A DNA stretch of 56,242 nt, counting the filler, from Squatina squatina (lineage: Eukaryota): NCBI GenBank assembly GCA_031763465.1. It is 3 parts of 3 records of this genome, joined end to end, with 100 filler letters (N's around TTAATTAATTAA, not from the genome) between each part and the next. Parts side by side here need not be neighbours in the genome. Positions count along the whole stretch, not along the records: positions 24,429 to 42,093 come from JARFOE010000189.1; 2 more parts are not named here. The stretch is one strand, 5' to 3'. The notes under the pieces are model-generated. The model had not been told where the DNA came from. It ran no database searches and saw only the letters and a list, made by a program, of their open reading frames with translations. Every line of letters begins with the position of its first letter. Position 1 is the first letter of the stretch. A program made the translations under genes and the position numbers. Below are positions 28,101 through 41,376 of the stretch, piece after piece.

Positions 28101-28694
28101 TACGTTATCTTTACATTTATAGGTAGCTCCTTATAGATGTCGGGGAATTTCTTTTTTAAACCCCCTTTGTCACAAGTGGTCATTCTTCAAAATACCAGCA
28201 GCAACAGTTGGGTGTAGAGTACCAATCACAGACAGTCTTCATTAGTAATTAACACTGAGGGTTAGCCTGTTATGAAATGATATTTTAAACTAAAGGCTGA
28301 TAATGAAACTGCAATGAAAGAGATGCACTGGAAAGTGTGGTCAGGTCTGTAATTCATATCAAGAGCATGTGATCATTTGAGGAGACCCATCACTAAAAAC
28401 AATTTGTTATTATCATGCCTGAAATGGGAAAGTTTGAGTTATTTAAAGAGCTGCTGTCATGCTTTAAGAGTTTTTCGACTGCTCCTGGAAAAGCCTGCTC
28501 CAAAGCTCAGCTGATGAGCATCCAGGATGGGCTACTGTACTGGATACAGTGAGAGGTGGTGGATATGTTACAGTGCAAACTTCGCATTCATGTGAAAAAC
28601 TTATTTCAAAATGATACAATAAACTCAACAAACAGTTGCAACACCAAATGTGATAATTGATCCATCACATCGCTATCTATGTAATTCTATCTTT

Positions 28695-28814
28695 ACACAA
28701 TAGTGTGGTGAGAATGTGGAACTCGCTACCACAGTGTGGTTGAAGCAGATAGCATTGATGCATTTAATGGGAGGCTTGTTGCACACATGAGGGACCAGAG
28801 TGAAATGTGGGGGG
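28695..28814 (+). mobile_element. CR1 ORF2 C-terminal fragment
   Basis: VVRMWNSLPQ..VEADSIDAFNGRL. Confidence 0.7.
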
Positions 28815-28914
28815 NNNNNNNNNNNNNNNNNNNNNNNNNNNNNNNNNNNNNNNNNNNNNNNNNNNNNNNNNNNNNNNNNNNNNNNNNNNNNNNNNNNNNN
28901 NNNNNNNNNNNNNN

Positions 28915-29135
28915 AAAAATGCAAAAAATAGCACAGATCCTGGTGAATGGGAGAGCTACAAAGAACAACAAATGGTGACAGAACAGAAGGTAAGAGTTAC
29001 AGAAAGGGATATCAAAATCAATACAAAAGACTTTTACAATTATATTAGAGAAAAGAGGGTAGCCAGGAGCAATGTTGGCCCCTTAAAAACTGATAATGAT
29101 ATTATAAACAAAAATAAGGAAATTCTAGTCATGTT
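28915..29135 (+). mobile_element. CR1 ORF2 internal fragment (endonuclease-RT linker)
   Basis: DPGEWESYKEQQ..DIKINTKDFYNYIREKRVARSNVGPLK. Confidence 0.7.
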
Positions 29136-30714
29136 CAACAGCCAGCCGTAGTTGTTGATGCGCAGGCAAGAAAAGAAAGGAGTTGTTCATCTTTCTGGTG
29201 GCCCGCCGGTTAATTCTTATTCTGACTGTCCTCAACTCATTACTGTTCCTGTGTCTCTGGTGTGTAAGCTCATTGTATTTTCTAGACATCCATCTTCCCA
29301 CATTGACAGTGACTCCGGGTCAGGAAGCAGGGGGATAAATTATCAGCTGGCATGAAACTCACAAGAGTGTGTTGTAAATATGTTATTTTATTGCTTTTGC
29401 TGATTCCCTAGATATTGAAAAATATTCTGTGTTGGAGGATTTACACTTCCATCTTCTCCTTTCTGCATCTTGTAACATCAGGGCATTTTAACATTTTCTC
29501 AATCGAATACAGACACACTGGTGAAATAAACATTGAGGAGGATAGTAACAGGCTTCAGGGGATACNNNNNNNNNNNNNNNNNNNNNNNNNNNNNNNNNNN
29601 NNNNNNNNNNNNNNNNNNNNNNNNNNNNNNNNNNNNNNNNNNNNNNNNNNNNNNNNNNNNNNNNNAAAACAAGTTTCCCGTTTGCAATGATTATAGGTTT
29701 CAACTGAACGCAGGCACAGGCACTGTACAAAAGGAGATCTCTATTTTAATTCTGTTGTTCATCAGCACTAGAGTCATTCTCAGGAATTCCACCAGCCCAG
29801 AACTAATCAAAGCAATAATGGTTCAAGCCAACAGGAAATAGTGCAGCTGCCTTTCAAGTTGCATGATGAGGTGAGTCCCCGCAGTAAGAACTCCTGGACA
29901 CTCGGAGAAGATCAAAGTTTTAGCATAGCATACCACTAAGAATCAATCATTGAAACTCAGAACAAACAGGAAGTTGACTTCAAACTCCTGATTGCAAGGA
30001 ACGTGGAGCCTCAAGCTATTCTCAAATTGGAATCCCTTTCCTGTGTGAAAGGACTTGCTAAACCCTGCAATTTCTTTTAAGGTGTTGATATGAATCGGCA
30101 TCTCAAATACTTCACACCTTTTTGCTTGGGTAATACAGCCTAGGCTCGTTCAACAATTGTTTCATAATCTGTACAACTTGTTCACAAATCTCAACAATAA
30201 TTAAAAGGGGATCTCCTCAAACCACCCAATCCCTCCCCAGATTGGCATTTAGGTGACTGGCTCCCAGTACCGCTTTCTACAACTGTGCAGGTCACAGAAT
30301 CAACCCTCCAGATTGTCCTGGAGCCATCAGGAATTGAAGATTAATCTCCAGGATACTGCTGCGAGCAACCAGGGAGAAAAGGGCATTAAAAAAAAATTGT
30401 GTTTTATTTTCATTGTCTTTGAACACTTTCGCTTCATAGTTATTGGAGATGGGAAAACAGGTTATTTGTCTGAGAGTCAGAAATCATCCAATTAGGTAAT
30501 GAAAAGTCTTTTCGCTTTCCAGTTGGCATAGGAAGGCGGGGCACAGTGAGGATAGATGTGTTGGGTGACCAATAGCATGGAGGTGGGGCGGGGCGGGGCG
30601 GGTGGAGGCAGGGGGTCATGTGATGAAACCTCCAACCCGAGCTGGCAATACAACTAAGGAAATAGATCTGCACCCAAGTTTCCTCACGCCTAAGTCGTAA
30701 GTCTACGTTCTCTA

Positions 30715-30960
30715 ATGCCCTAGTTATATATGTGCTTTGTGATCCCCAGTGCCCTAGTTACGGACAATGTGTCCCAGTTATAGATGATGCATCAATGTTT
30801 CCTGGTATGCTGATTATAAACGGTGCATCTGTGATCCATGGTGCTCTAGTTGGAAAGGATGTGTTCCTGATCCCTAGTGTCCTGTTTATAGATGATGTGT
30901 CAGTGTCTCCTTGTGCCCTAGTTATAAAGCACAAATTCCCTTGTGTCCTGGTTTTAAAAT
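30715..30960. repeat. Degenerate ~30-40 bp tandem repeat
   Basis: Recurrent CCCTAGTTATA(GATGATG) units. Confidence 0.5.
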
Positions 30961-31369
30961 GGAATGGTATCCCTGTATGTCTTTCCCTTCCCCTCCCACT
31001 TCAGATTTCATGATTTTGATTTGAATTGTCCGAACACCGCTTACCTCAAGTTGGAAATCTTCAGGATGTTCCTTGTATCTGTGAAATACTGCTGAAGAAA
31101 GCAAGGAGGACAATGCTGAAGTGACAGCTTTAGAGGAGTTTTATTTTACTGGCATCTCTGTCCCAATAGTTTGCCCATTGTTTTCTAAAGCAATTCTATC
31201 AGTGGGAACAGAATCTCATAAAGCAGAAAAACCCTCCCGTGTCAGACCTGGTGACACTGTCAGTGCATTTTTGAACACTATTAAAATAATAGCTTAAAAG
31301 GAGTCAGGTCCAAAGAGAAGGCACGAAAAACATACTGGCTATAAAACATTCGAAAGAAAGGCTGATTTT

Positions 31370-31483
31370 GATTGACCAGGAAAGTGGAATTGAAGTCGAT
31401 GATCAGCCATGATCATATTGAATGGTGGAGCAGGCTCGAGGGGCCATATGACCTACTCCTGCTCCTATTTTTTATGTTCTTAT
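31370..31483 (+). mobile_element. CR1-clade LINE/SINE 3' tail
   Basis: GATCAGCCATGATCATATTGAATGGTGGAGCAGGCTCGAGGGGCC..CCTACTCCTGCTCCT. Confidence 0.8.
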
Positions 31484-31554
31484 GATGTAGTATATGTTAT
31501 TATGCCTCCTGAAAATATCTCAAACCACTTACTATAACATATATTACTTGGAAA

Positions 31555-31723
31555 TGCAGGAACGTCTGCAGGCAATGGTGGTAGCCATTTTGTGCACAGC
31601 AAGATCCTACAAATAATGAAAGACTTGAATTTATATAGCGCTTTTCATGCTCACAGGATGTCCCAAAATGCTTTACAGCCAATGAAGTACTTTTGAAGTG
31701 TAGTCATTGTTGTAATGTAGGAA
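31555..31723 (-). mobile_element. SacSINE1-like SINE 3' fragments
   Basis: AGACTTGAATTTATATAGCGC..GCTTTACAGCCAATGAAGTACTTTTGAAGTGTAGTCATTGTTGTAATGTAGGAA. Confidence 0.75.
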
Positions 31724-33689
31724 NNNNNNNNNNNNNNNNNNNNNNNNNNNNNNNNNNNNNNNNNNNNNNNNNNNNNNNNNNNNNNNNNNNNNNNNNNNNN
31801 NNNNNNNNNNNNNNNNNNNNNNNAAAAAAAGGGACTATAGCAAAAAAAATCAACATTGCATCTCCGAAAGGTTGTGACGATGCCATTGTGTACCAATCAC
31901 TCTATCACCTAATCCCCTATTCCACGCACCGATAGGGCTTGTGCTACAAAGCAACAAAGCTGTGTCATCTGTATAAAGCTAGGCTGAAAAAAACCAAGTA
32001 AACGATTGGAAAAGGGATCGCGCAGCTTAGAGCAAATGACTTTCGGTTCATTTTATAAAAACCTTAATTAAGTTGCTGTGAAATGAGGGAATCACAGAGC
32101 GAAGGCAATTTATTATACCGGCTGTCTTTGAACTCAATGAGAAGCGATAAAAGTGACTGGGCAAATGGCAGAGAATCATTCTGGAGTTGTTGTTGATTAA
32201 AGTTAAATTCTTTCTGCAGGATCTGCTGTGACAGAATCCGGTGTTTTCTACTATGTAGGAAAGCTAACTGGTGCATAAAGTCTACAGCACTGATTAACAA
32301 CTCTCCTCCTATATTAGATTAGCATGAAGAATGCATATTTTATACAACAGTTAATGCTCCAGAGAGCTAGAACATTATTACGAATATGAATTACCCAGTG
32401 TTATAGCTCTGCATTATAAATTACTTTCTTGTAAGTAAACATATCGTAAGTCAGGGCTAAAGGCACCATAAATGCTGAAACCATTTCATTTTANNNNNNN
32501 NNNNNNNNNNNNNNNNNNNNNNNNNNNNNNNNNNNNNNNNNNNNNNNNNNNNNNNNNNNNNNNNNNNNNNNNNNNNNNNNNNNNNNNNNNNNNCACTGTC
32601 AGTTTTGTTGGTGCTCAGCTGACACTTGAATCTGCTAACTACATATGTAATGAAACCCTTGTCAGTCCTCCAGACAGGCTGAGCGGTGGGACAACTCACA
32701 GAAATAGAGCGCTGTAGCCTGATGGAGAATTGATATGCTGTCTAATTACAATCTCCCACTCCCACTAGGCCAGTGGCAGGCATCTGCCCTTCTGACTAAA
32801 CAGCAAGAAACCATTAGGCTTTTGAATCTTACAGAGGAGACTGTGCTTCTGCCATCGTTGCGAAGCTGGATACGTGACGGGAATGCACAATTGTGGCAGG
32901 TGAACAAAACAATCACCCGTTAAGAGATTAAAAAGCAATGAGAATACATGGGCATTCTGACTGGAGTACACAGTTTACTGATTCGAATATTGATGGATCT
33001 GAATTGCAACTGTAGTGAGTCAAACAAGCAGGAGACACTTTGTCTAAGTGTCTACTTCAGACAGGAAGCAGGTGGGTGGATTCGTCCTAATGCATTTCAG
33101 AGGTTTAATTTTTTTCAAAAATACAAAGGACTATTGTTGCAGCTGAGCTCACAGAATCAGCACGTTCAGCTGTTTGGTTAAGTGAGCCCGTGGAATAGCT
33201 GTGAGCAGCACAGACTCACCTCTTAGACATCCCACTAATACGTTTTTTCAAAAAAAGCTTCTCAGAAATGCTCAGAATCTCTTCCAAATCTGCTAATTGT
33301 TTTCATTCTCCAACCTGGTCTGTTTGCCATACCACTGAACATGCCATAGGACACTACACTGGTCCAATTCCAATCCGCCTTTTTCTTCTCAAGTTTGCAA
33401 TTAACTGCACAAGAACACATCATTCATGATGTGTGATGTTTGCAAATACACAGCTGTGTCTTAACAGACCACCTGGACAGTGTGTGACCACCTCACATCT
33501 GCAACAGCCACACAGTGTCAAAAGTCTCAACACCAAATGGTTTGGGCTGGACACTATAAAGAACAGCCATGGCTGTTTTTAACATGATTTAGTGAAAATC
33601 TAAGCTAGCCAAATGATGCAGTAAGGTTAATTAATCATTATAAAACAGTTTGGACCAATAAAGTATTTTGACCTGTCACACCATTACAC

Positions 33690-34005
33690 AGGATATACAA
33701 CAGAGAAACAGGCCATTCGGCCCAAACAGTCCATGCCGGCGTTTATGCTCCACTCAAACCTCCTCCTGTCTTTCCTCATCTAAATCTATCAGCATAACCC
33801 TCCATTCCCTTCTCCCTCATATGCTTGTCTAGCCTCCCCTTAAATGCAGCTATACTACTCGCTTCAACCACTCCCTGTGGTAGCGAGTTCCACATTCTCA
33901 CCACTCTCTGGGTAAAGAAGTTTCTTTTGAACTCCCGATTGGATTTCTTGGTGACTATCTTGTATTGATGGCCTCTAGTTATGCTCTTCCCCACAAGTAG
34001 AAACA
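33690..34005 (-). mobile_element. CR1-clade LINE 3' end
   Basis: SITRGHQYKIVTKKSNREFKRNFFTQRVVRMWNSLPQGVVEASSIAAFKGRLDKHM. Confidence 0.9.
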
Positions 34006-34165
34006 ATATGGCGGCACAAGTCAGCCCGGGTGCTTCCGGGCGGTAGCTGGCATTTTTCCCCACTGNNNNNNNNNNNNNNNNNNNNNNNNNNNNNNNNNNN
34101 NNNNNNNNNNNNNNNNNNNNNNNNNNNNNNNNNNNNNNNNNNNNNNNNNNNNNNNNNNNNNNNNN

Positions 34166-34270
34166 CTCTGTGTTCTCTCTCGCTGTGTTAACTCCCTCTC
34201 CATTGACTCTGTGTTGACTCCCTCTGTGTTGACTCCCTGTGTTGTTTTTGCTGTGTTGACTCTCTGTGTC
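34166..34270. repeat. CTCTGTGTTGACT-like minisatellite
   Basis: Several imperfect 13-15 bp units. Confidence 0.65.
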
Positions 34271-36073
34271 GATGGGATCTGTGTCTGGAGCCTCACAGGA
34301 CCTTCGGCAGGGATAGCCTCCACTCAGCTGATCAGCACAGACCCATGTCTAAACCAGTAAGACTAATCAAATTTTAATTTGCCAACTTTTGCATAATGGC
34401 ACATTGTCTGTTCTTTTATTCCTTGTACTATTCCGCAATCCCCTCACATAAAACAATGTGGGACTTTTCTACGTTAGAGGTGCTATATAAATGCAAGCTG
34501 CTTTTGGTTCCAGTAGGTGGGCTTGGGGTGACATCCATGTCTCATAGTCACTGCACCTCTTACTTTGAAAGCACTGGTTATGGTTTGGCTTTTAAGCTCC
34601 TGAGAAACCTTCACACAACCCTTTTTGCTTCATAGAAACTTTGCACAGAAGAATATTTTTAATAAAAGCGATATACTATGATTAGTGGTTACGGGGGATC
34701 CCAAGAGCCCGCGCAGCTTGCAACTGCTAGAAAGATACTGACTTCATTATCTCTCGCCGCTCTTCAAGTTCCATATTTTATGCGATTTTTCTGCCTTAAT
34801 TCCTTGCTAATTTGAATGCGGTGTCCTCGCCCCAGTCTTGGAGTCAGCCATGCGCAGAAGCAAAAGGTAAATTAAATATTGGAGTCTGTAAATTGGATTG
34901 TAAGCTCAGTGTTACGCCGTGTTATTGATGTTAACAAGCAGTAAATGCTGGCTGATTCGGGCTAATTATTCCCAATGTGACCAGTGATGCTGGCTCTGCC
35001 NNNNNNNNNNNNNNNNNNNNNNNNNNNNNNNNNNNNNNNNNNNNNNNNNNNNNNNNNNNNNNNNNNNNNNNNNNNNNNNNNNNNNNNNNNNNNNNNNNNN
35101 CTGGAGCACGTGCACATGAACACCCCTCCAGTGATCTCACAAACACATGTAGCCTGTCATTTTTCTTTAACTTAAACGAGCGGCATTCGTGCCTGAAATA
35201 GCCTTGACGGAAGCAGCGTCTCACAGACCCGATTAGACATGGGGGAAATGTAGCTCTTTAATATATTGCAATTGTTACTTAGAAGGCATCCAAGGTGACC
35301 ACGGCCAATTGGCAATTCGACCGTATTAATTCCAGGGTATCGTGCTGACTGTATCGCACATTACAGTCATTTGTAAGCAGAGGGCCAAACTGTTGCACTG
35401 AGGTGCAACCACTGCGCTGGAAATGTTCCTTCGCATCAAATTGATTTCCTGGTGAGTGGAATAATTACTTCTCGACTCCAGTACCTGCAGTTGTGGGAAT
35501 TACCTGTCAGACTTGCTCGCAATGTGCTCACGCTTTCACATAACTGCTGGTGATAAATATCCCCTAGCTGCATTTGAGCTTAAGTTATGAGAATAAATAG
35601 GCCTGGAAATTGCCTCGTGAGTTATCCATAATCCATTTATATTCCTCTTCAAGATGTATTGATTTTCAAATAGCCAGTCATTTTTTTTTAAATCGGGAGG
35701 CTACTGATTACTTCCCTGCGCCCCATCCCTCCACCAGCTCTAAATCAGTCAAGATTCACAAATTAAACATGGGAATGTATTTTTTCTTGATACTGAAATT
35801 TTTATTTCTAAGACATGTGAAAGTGATTTTTCTTTTCTTGTCTGCATCTTATAATTGAGAAGAGGATCATTATGATTGGCACCAGCACCAGTTTACAGGT
35901 TAATGCATAGAAGATAGGACACATTTATCATAAGATTTGCTCTTTAATGCACAAATGAGAGTCGGGTGTTGGGAGGGTGTGGCCTTGGCAACGTACAGAC
36001 ACTTGAGCTATTCATATCTTCCTGATAAACAAGACAAAAGGCAGTTGTAGCATCTGACAGACTGCGTGTTCAA

Positions 36074-36538
36074 AGAATCATAGAATGACACAGCACAGAA
36101 GGAGGCCATTCAGCCCATCATGCCTGTGCAAGAATTAAATACTAGAGACTGGAAAAACTGGAATTGTTGTCCTTAGAGCAGAGAAGGGTAAGGGGTGATT
36201 TAATAGAGGTGTTCAAAATCGTGAAGGGTTTTGATAGAGTAAATAAGGAGAAACTGTTTCCACTGGCAGTAGGGTCAGGAACCAGAGGACAAAGATTTAG
36301 GGTAATTGGCAAAAGAACCAGAGACAACATGAGGAAAACCTTTTTTACGCAGCGAGCTGTTATGATCTGGAATGCACTGCCTTAAAGTGTGGTGGAAGTA
36401 GATTCGATAAGGAATTGGCTAAATTTGTAAGAGGAAAGAGCAAAGGAAGTGGGACTAATTGGACAGCTCTTTCAAAGAGCCAGCACAGGCATGATGGGCT
36501 GAATGGCCTCCTTCTGTGCTGTGTCATTCTATGATTCT
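36074..36538 (+). mobile_element. CR1 3' fragment (36140-36538) preceded by an inverted identical copy of its 56-bp tail
   Basis: LEQRRVRGDLIEVFKIVKGFD..TRGQRF..FFTQRAVMIWNALP; 36074-36129 is the exact reverse complement of 36483-36538. Confidence 0.85.
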
Positions 36539-36584
36539 ATAAATTGTATTCACTAGTCCTACCTAGTCCTAATAAATTTAATTC

Positions 36585-36714
36585 AAGTAAAACTCCTTTT
36601 CACCCTCTCTAAGGCCTTGATATCCTTCCTAAAGTGTAATGCCCAGAATTGAACACAATACTCCAGCTGATCCCCAAATAATGTTTGATAAAGGTTTAGC
36701 GTAACTTCCTTGCT
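36585..36714 (-). mobile_element. CR1 ORF2 fragment
   Basis: SKEVTLNLYQTL..LEYCVQFWALHFRKDIKALERV. Confidence 0.8.
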
Positions 36715-37059
36715 NNNNNNNNNNNNNNNNNNNNNNNNNNNNNNNNNNNNNNNNNNNNNNNNNNNNNNNNNNNNNNNNNNNNNNNNNNNNNNNNNNNNNN
36801 NNNNNNNNNNNNNNTCCAAATGGTAGTTTCACTTCTCTAAAGTTCAAATGAAATTGCTGAAATTTTATCAGCATGAAACTTGCAAATTGCAATAGGCTGA
36901 ATCATCTCATCGTGCATTTTATGAATGATGCATATTGCTCTGTTTCTCAGTAAATCTCTATTAGATACTGAAAAGTAGTTAGAGTGGTTACAAGCTGACC
37001 ACTGACTCTGATAGACATAATTGCCAATTGAACGTCTTGCCTACAGTGATACATGTACT

Positions 37060-37325
37060 CAGATCTAATGTTATATATGTATCAGAGCTGTTATATACGT
37101 GTATCAGATATGTTGTTATATACATGTATCAGATCTGTTATATATGTGTATCAGATCTGTTGTTATACATATGTATCAGGTCTGTTGTCAGATCTGTTGT
37201 TATATGCATGTATCAGAACTATTATATGCATTTATCAGAACTGTTGTTGTATACATGTATCAGGTCTCAGATCTGTTTTCATATACGTGTATCAGATCTG
37301 TTGTTACATATGTGTATCAGATCTG
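37060..37325. repeat. ~24-27 bp minisatellite
   Basis: About ten imperfect TATCAGATCTGTTGTTATATACATG units. Confidence 0.85.
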
Positions 37326-37494
37326 GGGGCTGAAATTGAGCACCTGTAACGCCCCATTAGCGCCTCCAAGGGGTGCTAATGGGAAATTAGAACGGCCATC
37401 TCGCCTCCCGGGAAATTCAGCTGGGATGTAAAGGCCTTTGCGCCTGGCCAGCTGAATTTCACAAACAGCAAGGGTCAGAAAACATTGGGAGTTG

Positions 37495-37607
37495 CTTAGA
37501 GGCCACCAAATAGTAGTGGTAATGTAGGGCACGGTATAAATCGGGAAATTAGAGGTGCATGTAACAAGAGTAATACAATGGTCATGGGTGACTTTAATCT
37601 ACACATA
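37495..37607 (+). mobile_element. CR1 ORF2 APE-endonuclease fragment
   Basis: INREIRGACNKSNTMVMGDFNLHI, with the GDFN motif. Confidence 0.7.
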
Positions 37608-37707
37608 NNNNNNNNNNNNNNNNNNNNNNNNNNNNNNNNNNNNNNNNNNNNNNNNNNNNNNNNNNNNNNNNNNNNNNNNNNNNNNNNNNNNNNNNNNNNN
37701 NNNNNNN

Positions 37708-38224
37708 ACCGAGCCACATAAGGAGATATTAGGGCAGATGACCAAAAGCTGGGTCAAAGAGGTAGGTTTTATTGAGCGTCTTAAAGGAGCATAGAGAGGT
37801 AGAGAGGCAGAGAGGTTTAGGCAGGGATTTCCGGAGCTTAGGGCCTAGGCAACAGAAGGCACGGCCACCAACGGTTCAGCGATTATAATCAGGGATGCTC
37901 AAGAGGGCAAAATTAGAGGAGTGCAGATATCTTGGGGGGTTCTGGAGGAGATTNNNNNNNNNNCAAGCACAGGGATGATGGGTGAATGGGACTTGGTGTG
38001 AGTTAAAACATGAGCAGCCAAGTTTTGGATGACCTCAAGTTTATGTATGGTAGAATGTGAGAGGCCAGCCAGGAGTACATTGGAATAGTCAAGTCTGGAG
38101 GTAACAGAGGCATGGATGAGGGTTTCAGCAGCGGATGAGCTGAGGCAAGGTCGGAGATGGCTGATGTTACGAAGGTGGAAATAGGTGGTCTTAGTTGTGC
38201 CGCTAGGTCTTAGATATGTGGTTG
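37708..38224 (-). mobile_element. L2-clade LINE 3' region
   Basis: Closely similar to 39421-40017. Confidence 0.85.
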
Positions 38225-39184
38225 NNNNNNNNNNNNNNNNNNNNNNNNNNNNNNNNNNNNNNNNNNNNNNNNNNNNNNNNNNNNNNNNNNNNNNNNNNNN
38301 NNNNNNNNNNNNNNNNNNNNNNNNGCTAGATGCATCTGTCTTCCCCTTGCAACAAAATGTTAAATAAAGATGTCCTTAAAGCATTTTATTTCCAATGGCT
38401 CATTGCTCCTCCAGTACCCATCTTGTCATTGCCTGACAGAGCAAGATAAATATGTTTATAATAAACAGCTTGTGAATAACAAGGAGCTTATACTGATGTC
38501 TCCAACAGGTCAGCAAGAACCTACTCCAACAGCATCAATCTGTCCTAAACAGAGGACACAGAGAGTTCTGACCTTTCCAATGTATTTAATCAGTTATAGC
38601 TTCTACCCCCACCCACCACTCAGGAGGATTTTTTTTCTACTTTATCTTTTTCCCTGTGCTTGACACCATCTCCAAACTGGAGGAAGCCTACTACCATGTC
38701 TCCACCAGTGCTGCTCTGTATCTGTGTGATATGAATGCATAACTTCAAGGTGCAGATGACAAACAGATCACTGAAAGTTCATTCTCAAATTTCATCCAAA
38801 CCGCAGTATTGGACACGATGAATGTTGGAGCATTTACATTAGTGAGGGATAGGAGAACAGCACAAAAATGTCCTTAAAATTCCTGATAACACAATAAAAT
38901 ATATTTTTTAAATAAAACCAATTCATACCCTAGTAAAAACTACCTTCTGCAAATTAATATATTACTACCATTTTTCCCTTTAGTTTTTAATCCTTGTGTT
39001 TCTGCACTCTTTTTGTGAATTCTGTTTGATTCTTTTCCTTGCCTAGTTCTCTCCACAGCTCTGTCTTATGCTATATATTTAATATAATGTATATTGTTTT
39101 TCTCAGCCATAATACTGCTGTATAAATGATGCAGATATTAACAAATCATGGTAACTTCCACCAATTTCCTCATATCACAGTGGG

Positions 39185-40149
39185 GTGTGAACAGGGAGGC
39201 CTGGGGGTATGTGTGCATAAATTTTTGAAAGTGGCAGGTCAAGTTGAGAAAGCAGTTAAAAAGGCTCACGGGATCCTGGGTTTCATAGAGGTATAGAATA
39301 CAAAAGTGTGGAAATAATGATGAACCTGTATAAAACACTGGTTCAGCCATAATTGGAGTACTGTGTCCAATTCTGGGCATCACATTTTAGGAAGGATATG
39401 AAAGCCTTAGAGAAGGTGCAACAACAACTTGTATTTTATATAGCACCTTTAACATAATGAAACATCCCAAGGCGCTTCACAAGAGTATTATGAGACATAA
39501 AACTGACACTGAGCCACATAGGGAGAAATTAGGGCTGGTGACCAAAAAGAGGTAGATTTTAAGGTGCATCTGAAAGGGGGAAAGTGAGATAGAGGGGCGG
39601 AGAGGTTTAGGCAGGGAATTCCAGAGCTTAGGGCCTGGGCAACAGAAAGCACAGCCGCCAATGGTGGAGCGATTATAATCAGGGATGCTCAAGAGGGCAG
39701 AATTAGAGGAGTGCAGACATCTCAAAGGGTTGTGGAACTGAAGGTGATTACAGAGATCGGGAGGGACGAGGCCATTGAGGGCTTTGAAAGCATGGATGAG
39801 AATTTTGAAATCGAGGCGTTGCTNNNNNNNNNNGATGATCTCTAGTTTACATAGGGTAGAATGTGGGAGGCCAGCCAGGAGAGTGCTTTAGAATAGTCAA
39901 GTCTAGAGGTAACAAAGGCATGGATGAGCGCTTCAGCAGCAGATGAGCTGAGGCAAGGGCAGAGATGGGCGATGTTATGGAGGTGGAAATAGGCGATCTC
40001 AGTTATGCTGCGGGTATGTGCAGAAAGGATTTACAAGAATGATTCCAGGAATGAGGGACTTTAGTTACGTTGATAGACTGGAGAAGCTGGGATTGAGAGG
40101 CGATTTGATCGCAGTGTTCAAAATCATGACGTTCTGGACAGAATAGATG
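39185..40149 (+). mobile_element. CR1 ORF2 fragment split by an L2 insertion
   Basis: LEYCVQFWASHFRKDMKALEKV / QKGFTRMIPGMRDFSYVDRLEKLG rejoin in frame across the insertion. Confidence 0.85.
39421..40017 (-). mobile_element. L2-clade LINE, 5'-truncated, nested in CR1
   Basis: SSNSALLSIPDYNRSTIGGCAFCCPGPKLWNSLPKPLR; flanked by GTGCA direct repeat. Confidence 0.85.
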
Positions 40150-41356
40150 NNNNNNNNNNNNNNNNNNNNNNNNNNNNNNNNNNNNNNNNNNNNNNNNNNN
40201 NNNNNNNNNNNNNNNNNNNNNNNNNNNNNNNNNNNNNNNNNNNNNNNNNATTTAAAGAAAGTAAATGGTATTTCTGGGGCCTCCTGTGATGTTGATGAAT
40301 GGTAACATCACAATTTGGCACCAGCAGCATGTGTCTACTTGAGAGCTTGTTTATCGACTGCTAATGAAAAACTATTAATCCATATCATTCCCTGAATCCA
40401 GGCGGAGAGTCTTGTAATGGGAAGCAGCGCACTATCCTGTGACAAATGGACTGCTATTTTTGTCTTTCAGCAATTCTGTAGCTTTGAAAATTCAATGCTC
40501 TTCTCAGAAAACCTCACCTGGAGCAATTTGTTTTATTTGTGTGGTATGGGCCCAGCAACAGAGAAAGAAAATAATGATGCGATTCTTTGGTGCCACTTAT
40601 TTCCAGCTCCCTTTGTTGTGCAAATCCCGACATTGCCCTGATAGATCTCGATAAGCATGCTTAAGAGTGCAATGTGAAGGACTTGTTTCTTCAAAGAATA
40701 GCAACAAGAGTTTAACTAAAACTGCTAAGACTTAGCTTGAGCACTTTATTTAAATTTCAGTTTTGAATGCTGCTTTTGGAGTCGCAGTTGTCTATATTTC
40801 CATCACCTCCAGCTCTTATTTTCTTGGCTGAAATCTGAAACCTGTTTCATTTTGGTCTTGGTCTCTGCTGTTTTTGTTGTCCTGAGCACAGACAGTCACG
40901 GTATTTTTGCTCTGTCGGTCTTTATGCTTTCAGTTTTACAGTATCTCATCAGAGCAATTAAGGATCATNNNNNNNNNNNNNNNNNNNNNNNNNNNNNNNN
41001 NNNNNNNNNNNNNNNNNNNNNNNNNNNNNNNNNNNNNNNNNNNNNNNNNNNNNNNNNNNNNNNNNNNNAATCAATACCCCCATATTTGTAATGGAAAAGT
41101 AATCATTAGGTATACCTGCGTTACTGGAGGCTGAGAACAGAGCTGGAAATAACGACAAAGCAAATCAACTAGCAGCAAATTACATTATTCAGAAACTTTA
41201 ATTAAACAGTCTGTAATTGTTTTCTTTCTCCCTTAAATGAACTGCTGGATTAATTTAGTTTAAATAGCATCCAAAAGCATATTTTACAGTGATCGTGAAT
41301 AGATATGACATAGTTTAGAAGATGTTTCCAATTAGTTAAATTAATCTATTCATTTC

Positions 41357-41376
41357 AGAGAGAGAGAGAGAGAGAG
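41357..41376. repeat. (AG)n microsatellite
   Basis: About 10 AG units. Confidence 0.85.

Noticed and set aside
37028-37431. Three overlapping Tyr/Cys/Ile-rich ORFs, or a CRISPR-like array
   Set aside because: Translations of a minisatellite; there are no unique spacers.
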